Positions 1 through 13,000 of a DNA stretch of 64,000 nucleotides are shown here, one piece after another. Made by a program: the position numbers and the translations under genes. The stretch is from positions 23,436,001 to 23,500,000 of the forward strand of contig NC_088860.1 in NCBI RefSeq assembly GCF_963853765.1. The letters are read 5' to 3'. The notes below the pieces were generated by a model, which worked only from the letters and a program-made list of their open reading frames with translations, did no database searches and was not told the DNA's origin. This DNA is from Magallana gigas (taxonomy: Eukaryota). Position 1 is the first letter of the stretch. The number at the start of each line of letters is the position of its first letter.

Positions 1-1659
1 CTTTCAACAATGAAACCTTTTCCAAGTGTGACACACACAACGACGACTACAGGATCCTAAAACATTTTGATTAGATTTTTAAACTTGGGCTACGTATCTG
101 CTTAAATTAGCTTTAAAATCCACACATTTTGATTCAATAATTTAGAATACCTTATGTTCAAAATCGATATATTTTTTAGCTACATAAATGTTAATTACTA
201 ATAATACAAATACACACATATTTTGCTTCAATGATATGGAGAAATTTATGTTCAATATCCGCATCTTTTTAAGGTACATTGATGTACATGTGTGGTACTA
301 ATTATACAACTTTGGATACGAGCTTTGGGGCTAGCGATGATGCCCAAATAACAGGTTAATAAATTATTTTGGTAGAATTCTGTAATTTTTGTAATTGATA
401 ATTTTTTTTAATGTTTATCATTGCTATACATTAGGTCATTACTTCGTATGGACGATCTACAGAATATCCATGTGTTTGTTTGGTACCTGTATTACGTAAC
501 AGAATGTACATACAGTAGGCCTGCCAAAATTTGTTTTTGCACTTCTTGAAGTAGAGAAAACGGCTGTAAAAGATAATGTATGGTTCGACCAATATACGAA
601 TTAGCCAGGTTACGACAATACCAGTACACATAATGGCGCTTTGATCAGTGTCTTTTGTCTTTCAGTAAGTCTGTCAGTCAGTGTAGGTTTTTATGAATTA
701 AGTTCTTGGGGCGACAACAATTTTTCTGAATAAATGAAAAGCCATCGAGACATTACGAATGGTATCAAGAGTGTGCTTTTAAAAACTGAGGTGCTTCTAG
801 AGTTTTAGTTGCTACAAAAAGACAATGCTGAGTTTCCTTTTAAACCACCTTTACCTTTTTTTTTATCTTATTATAAAGTTTATTTTTATACGGTGAAAAT
901 GCCGTGTGTTGTCTACCATTAAAGTGGGACGCAACTTTTTGTCACCTTTTTATGAGTATTTGATGGAGAAAGCTAAATCACTTTTATAAAAGAACGCAAG
1001 AAAACATCAAAATTAAATTCTAATGTACCCATTTGAACAAGCTTTAAATTTACTCATTTTTTGCTGCTTAAAATTATTTCGTGAAATGCGATAGAATTGG
1101 AACATACATTTAACAATAGACGAACAAAAATATTATTAAAAAAATACAGCAATGTAGACATAGCTCAAGCCGTCCGTTCACTGTTCCCGGCTTAGAGTGA
1201 ATTTGCACGTTGTGACAAACTGCCATGTACGAGATCGTTGTAACAGCCTTTGTATCATATCTGCAGCATTCTGAAGCTGGTGCGTTCAGACCAACACTAG
1301 TACATATATTATTCATTTGGATGAATGCCTGACCTTATTACACGCCGTGCTATTAAACTGCCGATTGTTGACTCCATGATAACTTTAATTTGTGAAAATG
1401 TCAAAAACTAGGGCTGCATTACACAAAATTAGAAGGACTTGGACGAAAAATACAAATAATTACTATTAAGCATTCAAAATGACTCAGCTAAGAAGCAGTA
1501 AAACGTAGTAATATACAACACTGTGCCAGATAATAATGTCAGTGGCAAGGTTCAATTTTTCACGCGTGTCGAAAAATTTAAATATACATTTATTTTATGA
1601 TAGACCATTACTAAAAACAGTTTATAATACCTTTGTCATTGATGTATCTCACATGTCAG

Positions 1660-2150
1660 CGTGAATATTTACCGTTGAAAAATAAATTCCTACAGGAAAA
1701 TTATTTTCCCATATGAAAAGCAATTTCCTGTATATTAGTTTGAATTTCCTACTGGAATATAGGTTTTTTCCTATAGGAATAAAAATTCCGATAGGATTTG
1801 AACGAAAAAGGATTTCATTAAGTCCAATAGGAAATCTAAATTTTATGTAGGAAAACTGCCTGTCTGAATTAAATACCTGTAGGATGTATTTCCTTACTTT
1901 AGAAAATATAATTTCTGTAGGATTTTTTGAAATTCCTATAGGATTTTCCATATTTCCCGTAGGAAAAGTATTTCTGATATACGGATTATTATTTTCCTGT
2001 GGGATGATAATTTTAAAGGTAAATATCTCACCTATGAAATTGGAAACCTTGGAAACAAAAGTGGTTGTATATTTTCTAGATCTATCATTCGGTAAACATG
2101 GGGCTTTACGAAACTGCACAAATGTCACTTTGGCACTGGCATGATTATCT
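1660..2150. repeat. Dispersed repeat built of cctatagga/tttcctacagga-like sub-repeats (TE relic); further copies at ~11660..12125 and, inverted, ~41965..42260
   Basis: The reverse complement of 2100-2140 (gccagtgccaaagtgacattt...) and of 1790-1870 matches ~41970-42210. The 210 aa ORF here is not preserved in the other copies. Confidence 0.65.
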
Positions 2151-3238
2151 GGCACATTGTTCCTAATATAATAAGAAACCCTATCTATCTCTGACCTTGG
2201 TGAACTCTGGAAAACATACCAAGCGGTGCAGACAAAATGAATACCGTGCGTTAGCGCGATATGATCATTTGTCTGCACCACTTATATTTATATTTTCATA
2301 CTGATTTCTATTTGTTTGAAATATTTTTAATCGCCGCTACAAAGCCATTATTTACGCTCTTAGTCAAGGATATGAAAGTTACATGGAACAGCCAAATTAA
2401 CATGTTATTTACTCAACTTCCGTGACCAAAAATAAAGTGCCAAAAATTTTGTGAAGAAAAATCTTTTTTATTCAGAAGTATATATATAATAATGATTGTT
2501 TTTCAAAAGTATATATAAAAAAATTTATGTAAGATTGAAAGTTTCATTTAATCTTACAAAAATAAATATACTCAAAACACATGAAGACGTTTATATTTGT
2601 ACTAATGGTGCATGATTTAGCAAAGTGTATTCATAGAAAATTGAACGTCCCAGATTTCCAATGCTTAAATAAGGGGAAATATACACTGAATGTAAATATA
2701 GAAAATTGAACGTTGCAGATTTCCAATGCAATCATAAGGAGAAATATACGCTGAATGTAAGTATTGATGTTTAAAAGTCTGACCTTTTTGCTTTTTGGAC
2801 CATTTGACACACTGTGGAGAGGGTTTTTCTATGGTGTCAACAACAGAACAGATTTATATTATTATGATCCAAGCCTTCAGATTACAAAATAATAACATAT
2901 TAAATGCTTATTATTTACCAGCTTCCAAATATTTCAATTAAGAATATGAACTTTAAAATATTAAGGATCTCTACATAAGGTTTGTGCATTGCTAAATATT
3001 ATTTGATACAGAAAATATTTAGACTTACTTTAATGTTGTCTTAATAGCCATTAGTTCTTTTGTGAAATGTAGCCCGAAAAGCCAGTATCATGTTATTATT
3101 ATTATTTACAGGAATGTGTTGTCCAATAGAGGTTTTGGTGACATTAAAGTCCATAAGTCCATGAGGTTGATGGAATGTGATGATAAAAGAATTAAATATG
3201 CATGGCATATTCAACTAAAGCGAATCAAAATGATATAA

Positions 3239-3372
3239 NNNNNNNNNNNNNNNNNNNNNNNNNNNNNNNNNNNNNNNNNNNNNNNNNNNNNNNNNNNNNN
3301 NNNNNNNNNNNNNNNNNNNNNNNNNNNNNNNNNNNNNNNNNNNNNNNNNNNNNNNNNNNNNNNNNNNNNNNN
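3239..3372. other. Assembly gap (Ns); other gaps at 12744..12891 and 14830..14958
   Basis: Runs of n in the sequence. Confidence 1.
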
Positions 3373-3448
3373 ACAACTTAAAAAAAAAAAAAGTTGTTTG
3401 AGCATTAGACTTATTTTTGTGTTTATTCATCTGCGGTACCAAGTAAAA

Positions 3449-3450
<2 letters not shown>

Positions 3451-3526
<76 letters not shown>
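3451..3526. repeat. (AT)n microsatellite
   Basis: Direct reading. Confidence 0.98.
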
Positions 3527-3531
<5 letters not shown>

Positions 3532-4160
3532 GAGAGAAAGAAAACCCATATAATATGCATTCCAATAGTGAGAATTTTAGTACACTGAAACATAAAGTTT
3601 CATGGGGAACATTTGTGGCAATTCTAATAATTTTACAGCAAAAAACTCTTTTATTATTCATTTATTTATGAACCACAAACTTTTGTCAAAAGAATTATAT
3701 TACCGGGAATCTTTTTCTTCATTGTTTATTTTTTATTTGTACGATTCCATTTAGATCCATTTCTTTATTTTGCACTCATATATGATAATGTACATGTGTT
3801 GGTGCATTGATAAGACTAATTATTTGAACATTTAGGCTAATATCTGAAATCATTTGAGTAATTATTCACAAAATTTCGAAGATAATAAGATAGATTGTAC
3901 AATCTCTGTAGTGCTTCTGGGACAATAGAATATCCGTCATTTTTACCTCCTCATTATGTCCATTGAGCAATAAACTCTGTAAATTATGCGAAATAGGTAA
4001 CTAAGGACAATTTTAGAAACATAATTAAAAGTAAAGAGCAAACTTAATGAATTTCTGACTAATTGAAGCCAGGATTACTCTTCCAGGTTTTTTTTAATAA
4101 AGACACAAAATACTTCTGAAAACTCTGAATTTAATCAAAAAGTTCCATAAAATATTAGCA

Positions 4161-5171
4161 TCAAACCCTCCTGTTTTCAGTAATCTCGGTGAAAAAAATC
4201 AATTTAATTGAACATCGAAGTTTGTTGGTATCAACTGTCAAATTTGAATTTCCGCTTTCGTCTGTATTTTTCAATCGCTTATTCATGAAATAAAATAGAT
4301 ATGGATTAATGGTAGAGTTACAATATTCCAACCACGATATGAAAAACCAAGTCCTTTTCGAGTTTTGAAATCCAAATGTGTTTTCAAGAACCATAAGGAC
4401 AAAGAATGGAGTTGTAAACGCGATAAATGCGCTCTGCAGAACTATCAAAGTTTTCGTCACTCTCGTCTCGAGTTTCCTACCCCTTTGGCTATCACCGGAA
4501 TAATTTTCGCCAATGTGGTTAAACATTTCCTTTTTTCTGTTGCTCACTTTTCGATAAATATTCACACTTGCAAATATATTCAAACTCAGTGGAATGTAAA
4601 ACGCAATGAGAGATCCGAGAACTGCAGCAAGTCCCTTAACAATGAATAAGTTTTCGCACTTGTTTTCTTCGGTGGCAAAAATAATGGTCAAAGAAAGAGA
4701 AAAAGACACGAGCCAGCATAGACAAATGAGTACAACTACGACTTTCCTGCACATGATTTGGAAATACTTGAACGGCTTGCTCACGGCCACGAATCTGTCG
4801 ATGTTCATACACGTGAAGTGTAACACAGATGACGTTGTGAACAAGCAGTCTAACACGAACAGTGCACGGTCGGCCATCGTCTCTCTGACCAGTGCTACAC
4901 CCAGTAGTCCGTGGACAATGGAAAGAGTCATCACGAGCAGGCCCACACAACCGTCCGCTACGGCCAGGGACACAACGAACACATAGATTTTTCTATGAAA
5001 CTGCTTCCTTTTCACCACTTTGACAATCAGCATAATGTTGCCGTACACAGTTAATATCACGATGATGAATAGAATAATCGTACACAATATTCTCCAGGTT
5101 CTGCTTCCTATGATTTCATGCTCTTCACATTTTACATGTGTCTGTGAATGATTTAAGGTAGCATTCTCCAT
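4161..5171 (-). CDS. Intronless class A GPCR, biogenic/trace-amine receptor-like, copy 1 (336 aa)
   Basis: Seven hydrophobic segments; TM1 GN, TM2 LAVAD, TM3 D3.32 and DRF, TM5 FYIP, TM6 PFF, TM7 WLEYCNSTINP (aminergic consensus WLGY.NS..NP). Confidence 0.9.
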   Translation of the reverse strand: MENATLNHSQTHVKCEEHEIIGSRTWRILCTIILFIIVILTVYGNIMLIVKVVKRKQFHRKIYVFVVSLAVADGCVGLLVMTLSIVHGLLGVALVRETMADRALFVLDCLFTTSSVLHFTCMNIDRFVAVSKPFKYFQIMCRKVVVVLICLCWLVSFSLSLTIIFATEENKCENLFIVKGLAAVLGSLIAFYIPLSLNIFASVNIYRKVSNRKKEMFNHIGENYSGDSQRGRKLETRVTKTLIVLQSAFIAFTTPFFVLMVLENTFGFQNSKRTWFFISWLEYCNSTINPYLFYFMNKRLKNTDESGNSNLTVDTNKLRCSIKLIFFTEITENRRV

Positions 5172-5535
5172 ACTTGCCGAGGAAAAGTAGTACAGCTCCC
5201 GTCAATACTTATGCATCAACTAGTTCGTTCTCTTTGACCATGGAGAGCAGCTTCCGCCGTCATTCAATAATCATTTGACGTTGTGACTAGCAAATACAAC
5301 AGACGATTTCCTGATGCATGTACTAAATAAAACACTCGTGTATTTGTAATAATAACTGCAATAAATAAAACCCAGTATATCATCTCACCTTTCAAACATT
5401 ATCTAAAATGCGTGTTTTATGGCTTGCAATTTTATGGGGTGTCATTCAACCAGAAAAAGCTCACTTTTAAAGCACATAATTTCTATATATCTGGCTGTAA
5501 TTTCTTATTTGAATAGCTAAACAACATCATATATT

Positions 5536-6175
5536 CATATATTTGCATATTGATTGTTCTTTCCCACTGTAAGTCCATACGGAGGAGATGCATTCATTAC
5601 TCTAGAATCGCAAATGCTCTGTCTGTATGCGCAATTGCCCCCAGAGACTTTCAGGTAGCAAATTCTCGACAAATATGATATGATTCTTAATCATATATAC
5701 CCTAGTGAATATTTCTAATAAAAAAATATGCGGTGTTTAAGGTGTGACGTCTTTTAAATGACGTTATAGATTTAAACCATTATAGATACATCGTGTGTTT
5801 TTCTCAAATTCCCTAAAATTGATGTATTTAAAACATGTCTTACATTAACATTTTAAAGGAATTACTGTTATAACATACCATTGATTTTGTTAACAAATCT
5901 ATGTGAAGTAAAAAAAATACATTACAGTCTGAACGTTTATTTTTTATGCAAGAGCTAAATGTCAAGGTTTAGGCTAATGCAGGGTATTTGCGAGTGGTAA
6001 AATGCAAATATAAGTAATAAACAACGATTATTTAGTGAACATGGCGTTATGAATAGCAACTGCTCTGCTGGCATATTTTCCATGATGCGCTAGCGCATCA
6101 TTGAATATGCCAGCAGAGCAATTGCTATTCATAACGCCATGTTCACTAAATAACGTTGTTTATTTCTTAAATATT
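5536..6175. mobile_element. 640 bp insertion/deletion polymorphism ending in a ~150 bp palindrome (6016..6164); putative non-autonomous hairpin element
   Basis: Absent from copy 2 (sequenced junction catcatatatt|agtatatcg at ~14981). Flanked by direct repeat ATATT (5531-5535, 6171-6175). Near-perfect inverted arms centred on gcgctagcgc. Confidence 0.55.
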
Positions 6176-8929
6176 GGTATATCGTATAACATAAATTGTT
6201 TACGTCACAATACGACATGCATTCAACACGTATTAATCCGTTTGGTATTATGGTTAAATTTTGTACAAATTAATGTTATTTTACTAAATAATGTGCCTTG
6301 TTTTCTGATTCTAGTCGTAAAAAGTTAAATCATAATGAATACATTTATTTGCTACGAGTGATACCTCCCACTTGTTGAGCAGATTCGGCGCGTTCGGATA
6401 CAAAGTTCAAAGGGAATACATTTTTTGTAGAATCAGAGTGGCTGGGTTTTTCTAATAAAATAAATATGTTTGTCAGTGGGTTTACTGTAAAGGTCCGTAA
6501 AAAAGAATCCTTCTTCAGAGAAATGCTACATTATCATGGCTTATCAGTGACATTTGCTGGTTTTCCTTTCAAAATTCCGAGCTTGCTTCACTAACATTGT
6601 GGGAATGGATCGATCGTCGTATGCTTTTCCGAACAGCACTAATGTAAATCATTTTCATACGAATGTCGTAATGAAAACGCTTGGATTATATATGGTGCAT
6701 TTAAACGATATTTCCTCGACAATGGCTGAACTATTTCAAATCACACATGCCTCCTAAATAGTTAAAGTATCAACATCTTCGGGGTATTATCATTCATTAC
6801 CATTAATTTCATCGAGAAGTGTATCTAAACACATTTGAGATCAAACGTCTAGTCTTAAAACAATTTCCTGTTAATCATTCTAAAATTTTATCTGTATTTT
6901 AACTGATTCTGCTGTAAAAAAAATATTCGTTAAAAATATATATATCTTGTTAATTTTCGTATAAAAACGATACAGAGTTTAAAGTGTAAAGATAAAACTC
7001 TTTGTTTGTCTACCGTTTTCCTGTTGGGTTAAAATTGGTTATTAATTCCAAAGTTCGAAAGTTAGAGTTATTGTGCACAAGGGTAAAATATTTATTTCGT
7101 AATACTGATTTTTTAAAAATGAACTTGTATCTAACACATTCAGTAATTAGATAAGTACTTTTTAAATTGCGAAATTTGTTTAAAGTGACACGGTGACTCA
7201 AAAAAGTTGTTTCACTTTTTTATTATACCAATAGAAATAAGAAGAAATGTACGAAATTTCATCAAACGGAATTAAAGTTTCAAGCATTATAAGCAACCAA
7301 CTTTTAGTTTACAAGTCGTTAAAACTCATTCGGAATTACATGTGTGAACACACTGAGTAGTTTTTGAACACTGTTTTGAGTGTCACGTGATTGTGATTGC
7401 TGTCTAAAAATAGTTACAGTGAAGTTGACACACAGAGAAAAGAATCTAAATTTGAATTTATTCGATGTGCATAGAGAGAAACATGCATTTACAGAGAGTG
7501 CATTTTAATAAATACATAGTTCTTGAAGACATCAGGTTTCACCGAGAGGCTGTTCGCTCATGTTAATTGCCACGCTGCATTGTATACATTTTTTGCAGCT
7601 AGTGCATGTTTAGATGCGCTTGCGGGGCTATGAAGCGGGAGGAAAACTCAATTTTTATGTGTTGGCCCAACGCTTAATTCTATTTTTCTCTTTTTAATTG
7701 GATTTATTTACTTTTAAACATCGTAGTTTTTCTAAAGTTCATCTTTTCATATGATATATGAAATTTATCTATATGATATATGGAAATCGCGTAAAAAATC
7801 TATATTTAATAGACGTGAATTTGTGAGTCACCATGTCTTTGCAAGGGAAGCAAAACACTTGGCAGAGTATTCCCTCGTGAAAAAATTGCTAAGTAAGAAT
7901 TACTAGGTAGATGAAACATCAATTGCTTGGAACCAAACTTTTAATTTAGTAATGAGAGCTTTCTGATTCTATCAAAGATTTATTGCAATGCATCATCTCA
8001 ACGTCCGTCAGTAGTAAAAGAAATTGATTTTGCATGGTTTACGGGTGTTGCAATGAACATTGGGAGAGGGCGGTCTAAGTTATGGAACTTGTGCCCAATC
8101 CCAATTGTATTTTTGTACAATAAAAATAGGTTCAAATCAAACATATTTTTTTTTCATTATGAGATGACAAAGACGACTAGTTTAAAGCCTCAGCTGATTT
8201 GGTGCATGTTGAAAAGTCATCTGTATTGCGTATTTACCTTAAATATCATTCGTTCTTCCTTAAGTGAAGTAACTCTGTATTAAACTGTTAAGCAGTGTAA
8301 GTGATTGAAATAATTTTAATCTTATTTATCACGTCAAAGTAAGACTTCTAAAAATTGGTATGACGTCGTTTTGCCGATGTAAATGTATTCTAAATTATGA
8401 CACACTGATAAAAATTCGATACACTGCAATGATTTTTGTGTTCTTTTTCTAACTTGCAGCCAACCTGCTGACACCATCCATCATAAGACAACAAAAGTTT
8501 ATAAAAAAAAATGCAAATCTAACGCTAGATAAAAGGTCTTTGAATGATTAACTGGGTTATGGATTGTATAGTATACACATGCGTTATTATGGTCAATAGT
8601 GTATACAAGTATGTCTGTATTTACTTGTATATGTATATTATGCTTTAAGATATTTTTAAAATAAATTTCTGAGAACTGTTTCCAGTAATGTAAGCCACAG
8701 GCTTTATTAATGGGCTTAACAGCTGTTTGTCATATATACATTAACAACGAGGTCAGAACTTGTTGCTTTATCATACCTACGAAGGTCGCCGTGAAATTGT
8801 CTGTCCTGACAGGTACATTTAAAACAACAATTCATTGCTGCATCATGATGCTCCTGCTGGAGGTTAAGTTTTACTAAAAGTATTTACTTTTGTTTCATTT
8901 ATTAAGGAACAAAATCAAATCATAAATTG

Positions 8930-9030
8930 TGTATTATGTGGTGATCAAATACGGTCTGGAGTTGATCAACTCAAATAAAAAGCCCGAAGGTCTTTATGAT
9001 TTATGATTTGATCACCTTATAATATTCAGC
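8930..9030. repeat. Degenerate copy of hairpin family 2 (apex aagcccgaagggctt)
   Basis: tattatgtggtgatcaaatacgg...aaagcccgaaggtcttt...gatcaccttataata is homologous to 62258..62392. Confidence 0.6.
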
Positions 9031-10033
9031 AATTGCACGATTAAATATTAAAATAGTCATTGTCAATGATTGATCAACTGTTCTTGGAAAAAATTGATTT
9101 GTAGTTTTATCTTAGACAAAGACACTGGAAAATGTAAATATTTTTGATAGAGTCAAACAAAATATGATATACCATGAAGCATGCAATTTGTAGTATGCAT
9201 TTTTGTATAAATTTGTGTGTTAACATTTTATTATAAAATTAATACTTTATTAATCATATTCAAGTCATTTGCCGTCAAAAGATTGCCGTATTCATTTTGT
9301 CTATACAAGTGTTAGGTTTATTTAACATAAAGCTTTATTCATGAGAGGATATGGGTAGAAAAGCAAAAAACGGTAACAGAACATGTAGTTTTGTCTGGAG
9401 TCTATTTGAACTTTCGGTGGATTATTCTCATTTTGTAAACTGTAGAAGATACACTAGATTTTTTACGGTAATTTAAAAGACTATATGTTTAAGACTCCAA
9501 TAACACTTTTCAGGAATATTATGTTGCTGTTGTTTTTTAACAAGAATGTAACACATCTTTCATCGTGTTATCAACTAATTCTCTGATGTTTTAATAAGCA
9601 TGAACACTATGCAAAGATTTCATCAAACAAAACCACTTACCGTGTCATACAGTATTACAACTAATTAAGCGTAGGCATACAACAATGCGTAAAATCCAGC
9701 AAAATCTATGCTTCCAGTTCATTTAGCAAATTGCAGACTCTTTGTCACCTTGTGCGTGTTTATATTATTCATGTTCTTAGGTATTCATCGTTTACCTTAA
9801 GCTCTCTGTGTCAGTGTCTAATGGCTTATATACGTATTATTGTGAAATTTTCAGCATCTGTTTCAAATATTATGTAACTGCAGCATTTCCTTTAATTTTC
9901 ACAGACAACTAAAACAAGAAAAGGATTTCTTGTAATGACATTTTATAACATTATTTTTCAGCATAATTTTTCTATAATTTTACTAAAATACTGTATGTCG
10001 ACAAAGGGAAATAACAACCTTTCTTTTTGGACC

Positions 10034-13000
10034 CTTTCAACAATGAAACCTTTTCCAAGTGTGACACACACAACGACGACTACAGGATCCTAAAACATTT
10101 TGATTAGATTTTTAAACTTGGGCTACATATCTGCTTAGATTAGCTTTATAATCTACACATTTTGATTCAATAATTTAGAATACCTTATGTTCAAAATCGA
10201 TATAATTTTTAGCTACATTAATGTTAATTACTAATAATACAAATACACACATATTTTGCTTCAATGAAATGGAGAAATTTATGTTCAATATCCGCATCTT
10301 TTTAAGGTACATTGATGTACATGTGTGGTACTAATTATACAACTTTGGATACGAGTTTTGGGGCTAGCGATGATGCCCAAATAAAAGGTTAATAAATTAT
10401 TTTGGTAGAATTCTGGAATTTTTGTAATTGATAATTTTTTTAATGTTTATCATTGCTATATACATTAGGTCATTACTTCGTAAAGACGATCTACAGAATA
10501 TCCATGTGTTTGTTTGGTACCTGTATTGCGTAACAGAATATACATACACTAGGCCTGCCAACATTTTATTTTTGCACTTCTTGAAGTAGAGAAAACGGCT
10601 GTAAAAGATAATGTATGGTTCGACCAATATACGAATTAGCCAGGTTACGACAATACCAGTACACATAATGGCGCTTTGATCAGTGTCTTTTGTCTTTCAG
10701 TAAAGCAGTCAGTCAGTGTAGGTTTTTATGAATTAAGTTCTTGGGGCGACAACAATTTTTCTGAATAAATGAGAAGCCATCGAGACATTACGAATGGTAT
10801 CCAGAGTGTGCTTTTAAAAACTGAAATGCTTCTAGAGTTTTAGTTGCTACAAAAAGACAATGCTGAGTTTCCTTTTAAACCACCTGTACTTTTTTTTATC
10901 TTATTATAAAGTTTATTTTTATACCATTAAAGTGGGACGCAACTTTTAGTCACCTTTTTATGAGTATTTGATGGAGAAAGCTAAATCACTTTTATAAAAG
11001 AACGCAAGAAAACATCAAAATTAAATTCTAATGTACCCATTTAAACAAGCTTTAAATTTATTCATTTTTTGCTGCTTAAAATTATTTCGTGAAATGCGAT
11101 AGAATTGGAACATACATTTAACAAAAGACGCACAAAAATATGATAAAAAAAAATACAGCAATGTAGACATAACTCAAGCTGTCCGTTCACTGTTCCTGGC
11201 TTAGAGTGAATTTACACATGATGACAAACTGCCATGTACGAGATCGTTGTAACAGCCTTTGTATCATATCTGCAGCATTCTGAAACTGGTGAGTTCAGAC
11301 CAACACTAGTACGTATATTATTCCTGACCTTATCACACGCCGTGCCATTAAACTGCCTATTGAACGGGATTATTTGTTGACTCCATAATAACTTTAATTT
11401 GTGAAAATGTCAAAAACTAGGGCTGCATTACACAAAATTAGAAGGACTTGGACGAAAAATACAAACATTCAAAATGACTCAGCTAAGAAGCAGTGAAACT
11501 TAGTAATATACAACACTGTGCCAGATAATAATGTCAGTGTCAAGTTGCAATTTTTCACCCGTGTCGATAAATTAAAATATTTATTATGATAGACCATTAC
11601 TAAAGTTTATAATGCCTTTGTCATTGATGTATCTCACATGTCGGCGTGAATATTTACGTATACCGTTGAAAAATAAATTCCAACAGGAAAAATATTTTCC
11701 CATAGGAAAAGCAATTTCCTGTAAAAAATAGTTTGAATTTCCTACCGGAATAAAAGTTTTTTCCTATAGGAATAAAAATTCCGAAAGGATAAGTCCAATA
11801 GGAAATCTAAATTTTATGTAGGAAAGCTGTTTGTCTGAATTAAATACTTGTAGGATGTATTTTCTTACTTTAGAAAATATACATGTAATTTCTGTAGGAT
11901 TTTTTGAAATTCCTTTTGGATTTTCAATATTTCCCGTAGGAAAAGTATTTCTGATATACGGATTATTATTTTCCTGTGGGATGATAATTTTAAAGGTAAA
12001 TATCTCACCTATGAGATTGGAAACCTTAAAAACAAAAGTGGTTGTATATTCTCTAGATCTATCATTTGGTATACATGGGGCTTTACGAAACTGCACAAAT
12101 GTCACTTTGGCACTGGCATGATTATATGGCACAGGAAACAGTGTTCCTAATATAATAAGAAACCCTATCTATCTCTGACCTTGGTGAACTCTGGAAAACA
12201 CACCAAGCGGTGCAGACAAAATGAATACTGTGCGTTAGCGCGATATGATCATTTGTCTGCATCACTTATATTTATATTTTCATACTGATTTCTATTTGTT
12301 TGAAATATTTTTAATCGCCGCAACAAAGCCATTATTTACGCTCGTTGTCATGGATATGAAAGTTACATGGAACAGCCATATTAACATGTTATCTAATTAA
12401 CCTCCGCGACAAAAAAATAAAGTGACAAAAACTTTGTGGAGAAAAATCTTTTTTTTTTATTAAGGAGCAGATATATAATAATGATTGTTTTTTTTCAAAA
12501 ATACATATCAATTTTTTTTATGTAAGATTGAAAGTTTCATTTAATCTTACAAAATAAATATACTCAAACACGTGAAGACGTTTATGTTTGTGCTCATGGC
12601 GCATGATTTAGCGAAGTGTATTCATAGAAAATTGAACGTCGGAGATTTCGAATGGAAAAATAAGGGAAAATATATACACTGTATATATATATATATATAT
12701 ATTATAAAAAATAACAGAAAGCCGATTCAAAACTCTACCGGTTNNNNNNNNNNNNNNNNNNNNNNNNNNNNNNNNNNNNNNNNNNNNNNNNNNNNNNNNN
12801 NNNNNNNNNNNNNNNNNNNNNNNNNNNNNNNNNNNNNNNNNNNNNNNNNNNNNNNNNNNNNNNNNNNNNNNNNNNNNNNNNNNNNNNNNNNAACCCCCAT
12901 ATAATATGCATTCTGATAGTGAGAATTTTAGTACACTGAAACATAAAGTTTGTTGGGGAATAATTGTGGCAATTCTAATAATTTTACAGCAAGAAACTCT

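Larger units (their letters stand above)
1..8250. repeat. Tandem segmental duplication, copy 1 (extends beyond window start; period ~10.03 kb)
   Basis: Position 1 (ctttcaacaatgaaacc) recurs at 10034. Collinear similarity with scattered SNPs and indels runs to ttaccttaaatatcatt (8250 vs 17057). Confidence 0.95.

Noticed and set aside
431-640. QILAGLLYVHS resembling a kinase subdomain; ORFs 431..631 and 10397..10666
   Set aside because: No HRD or other kinase motifs follow, and the frame differs between the two copies.
1649-2281. 210 aa ORF (and 11764..12132, 1884..2144, 11831..12121)
   Set aside because: Lies in a dispersed repeat, the frame is broken in the duplicate and the third copy, and no domain is recognisable.
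3211-3661. ORFs spanning N gaps or (AT)n tracts (also 12572, 12735, 14738-15000, 24313)
   Set aside because: Artefacts of unknown bases and dinucleotide repeats.
4365-4986. ORFs overlapping the GPCR (4365, 4606, 4636 and duplicates at 13711-14332)
   Set aside because: Antisense or alternate-frame shadows of the real CDS.
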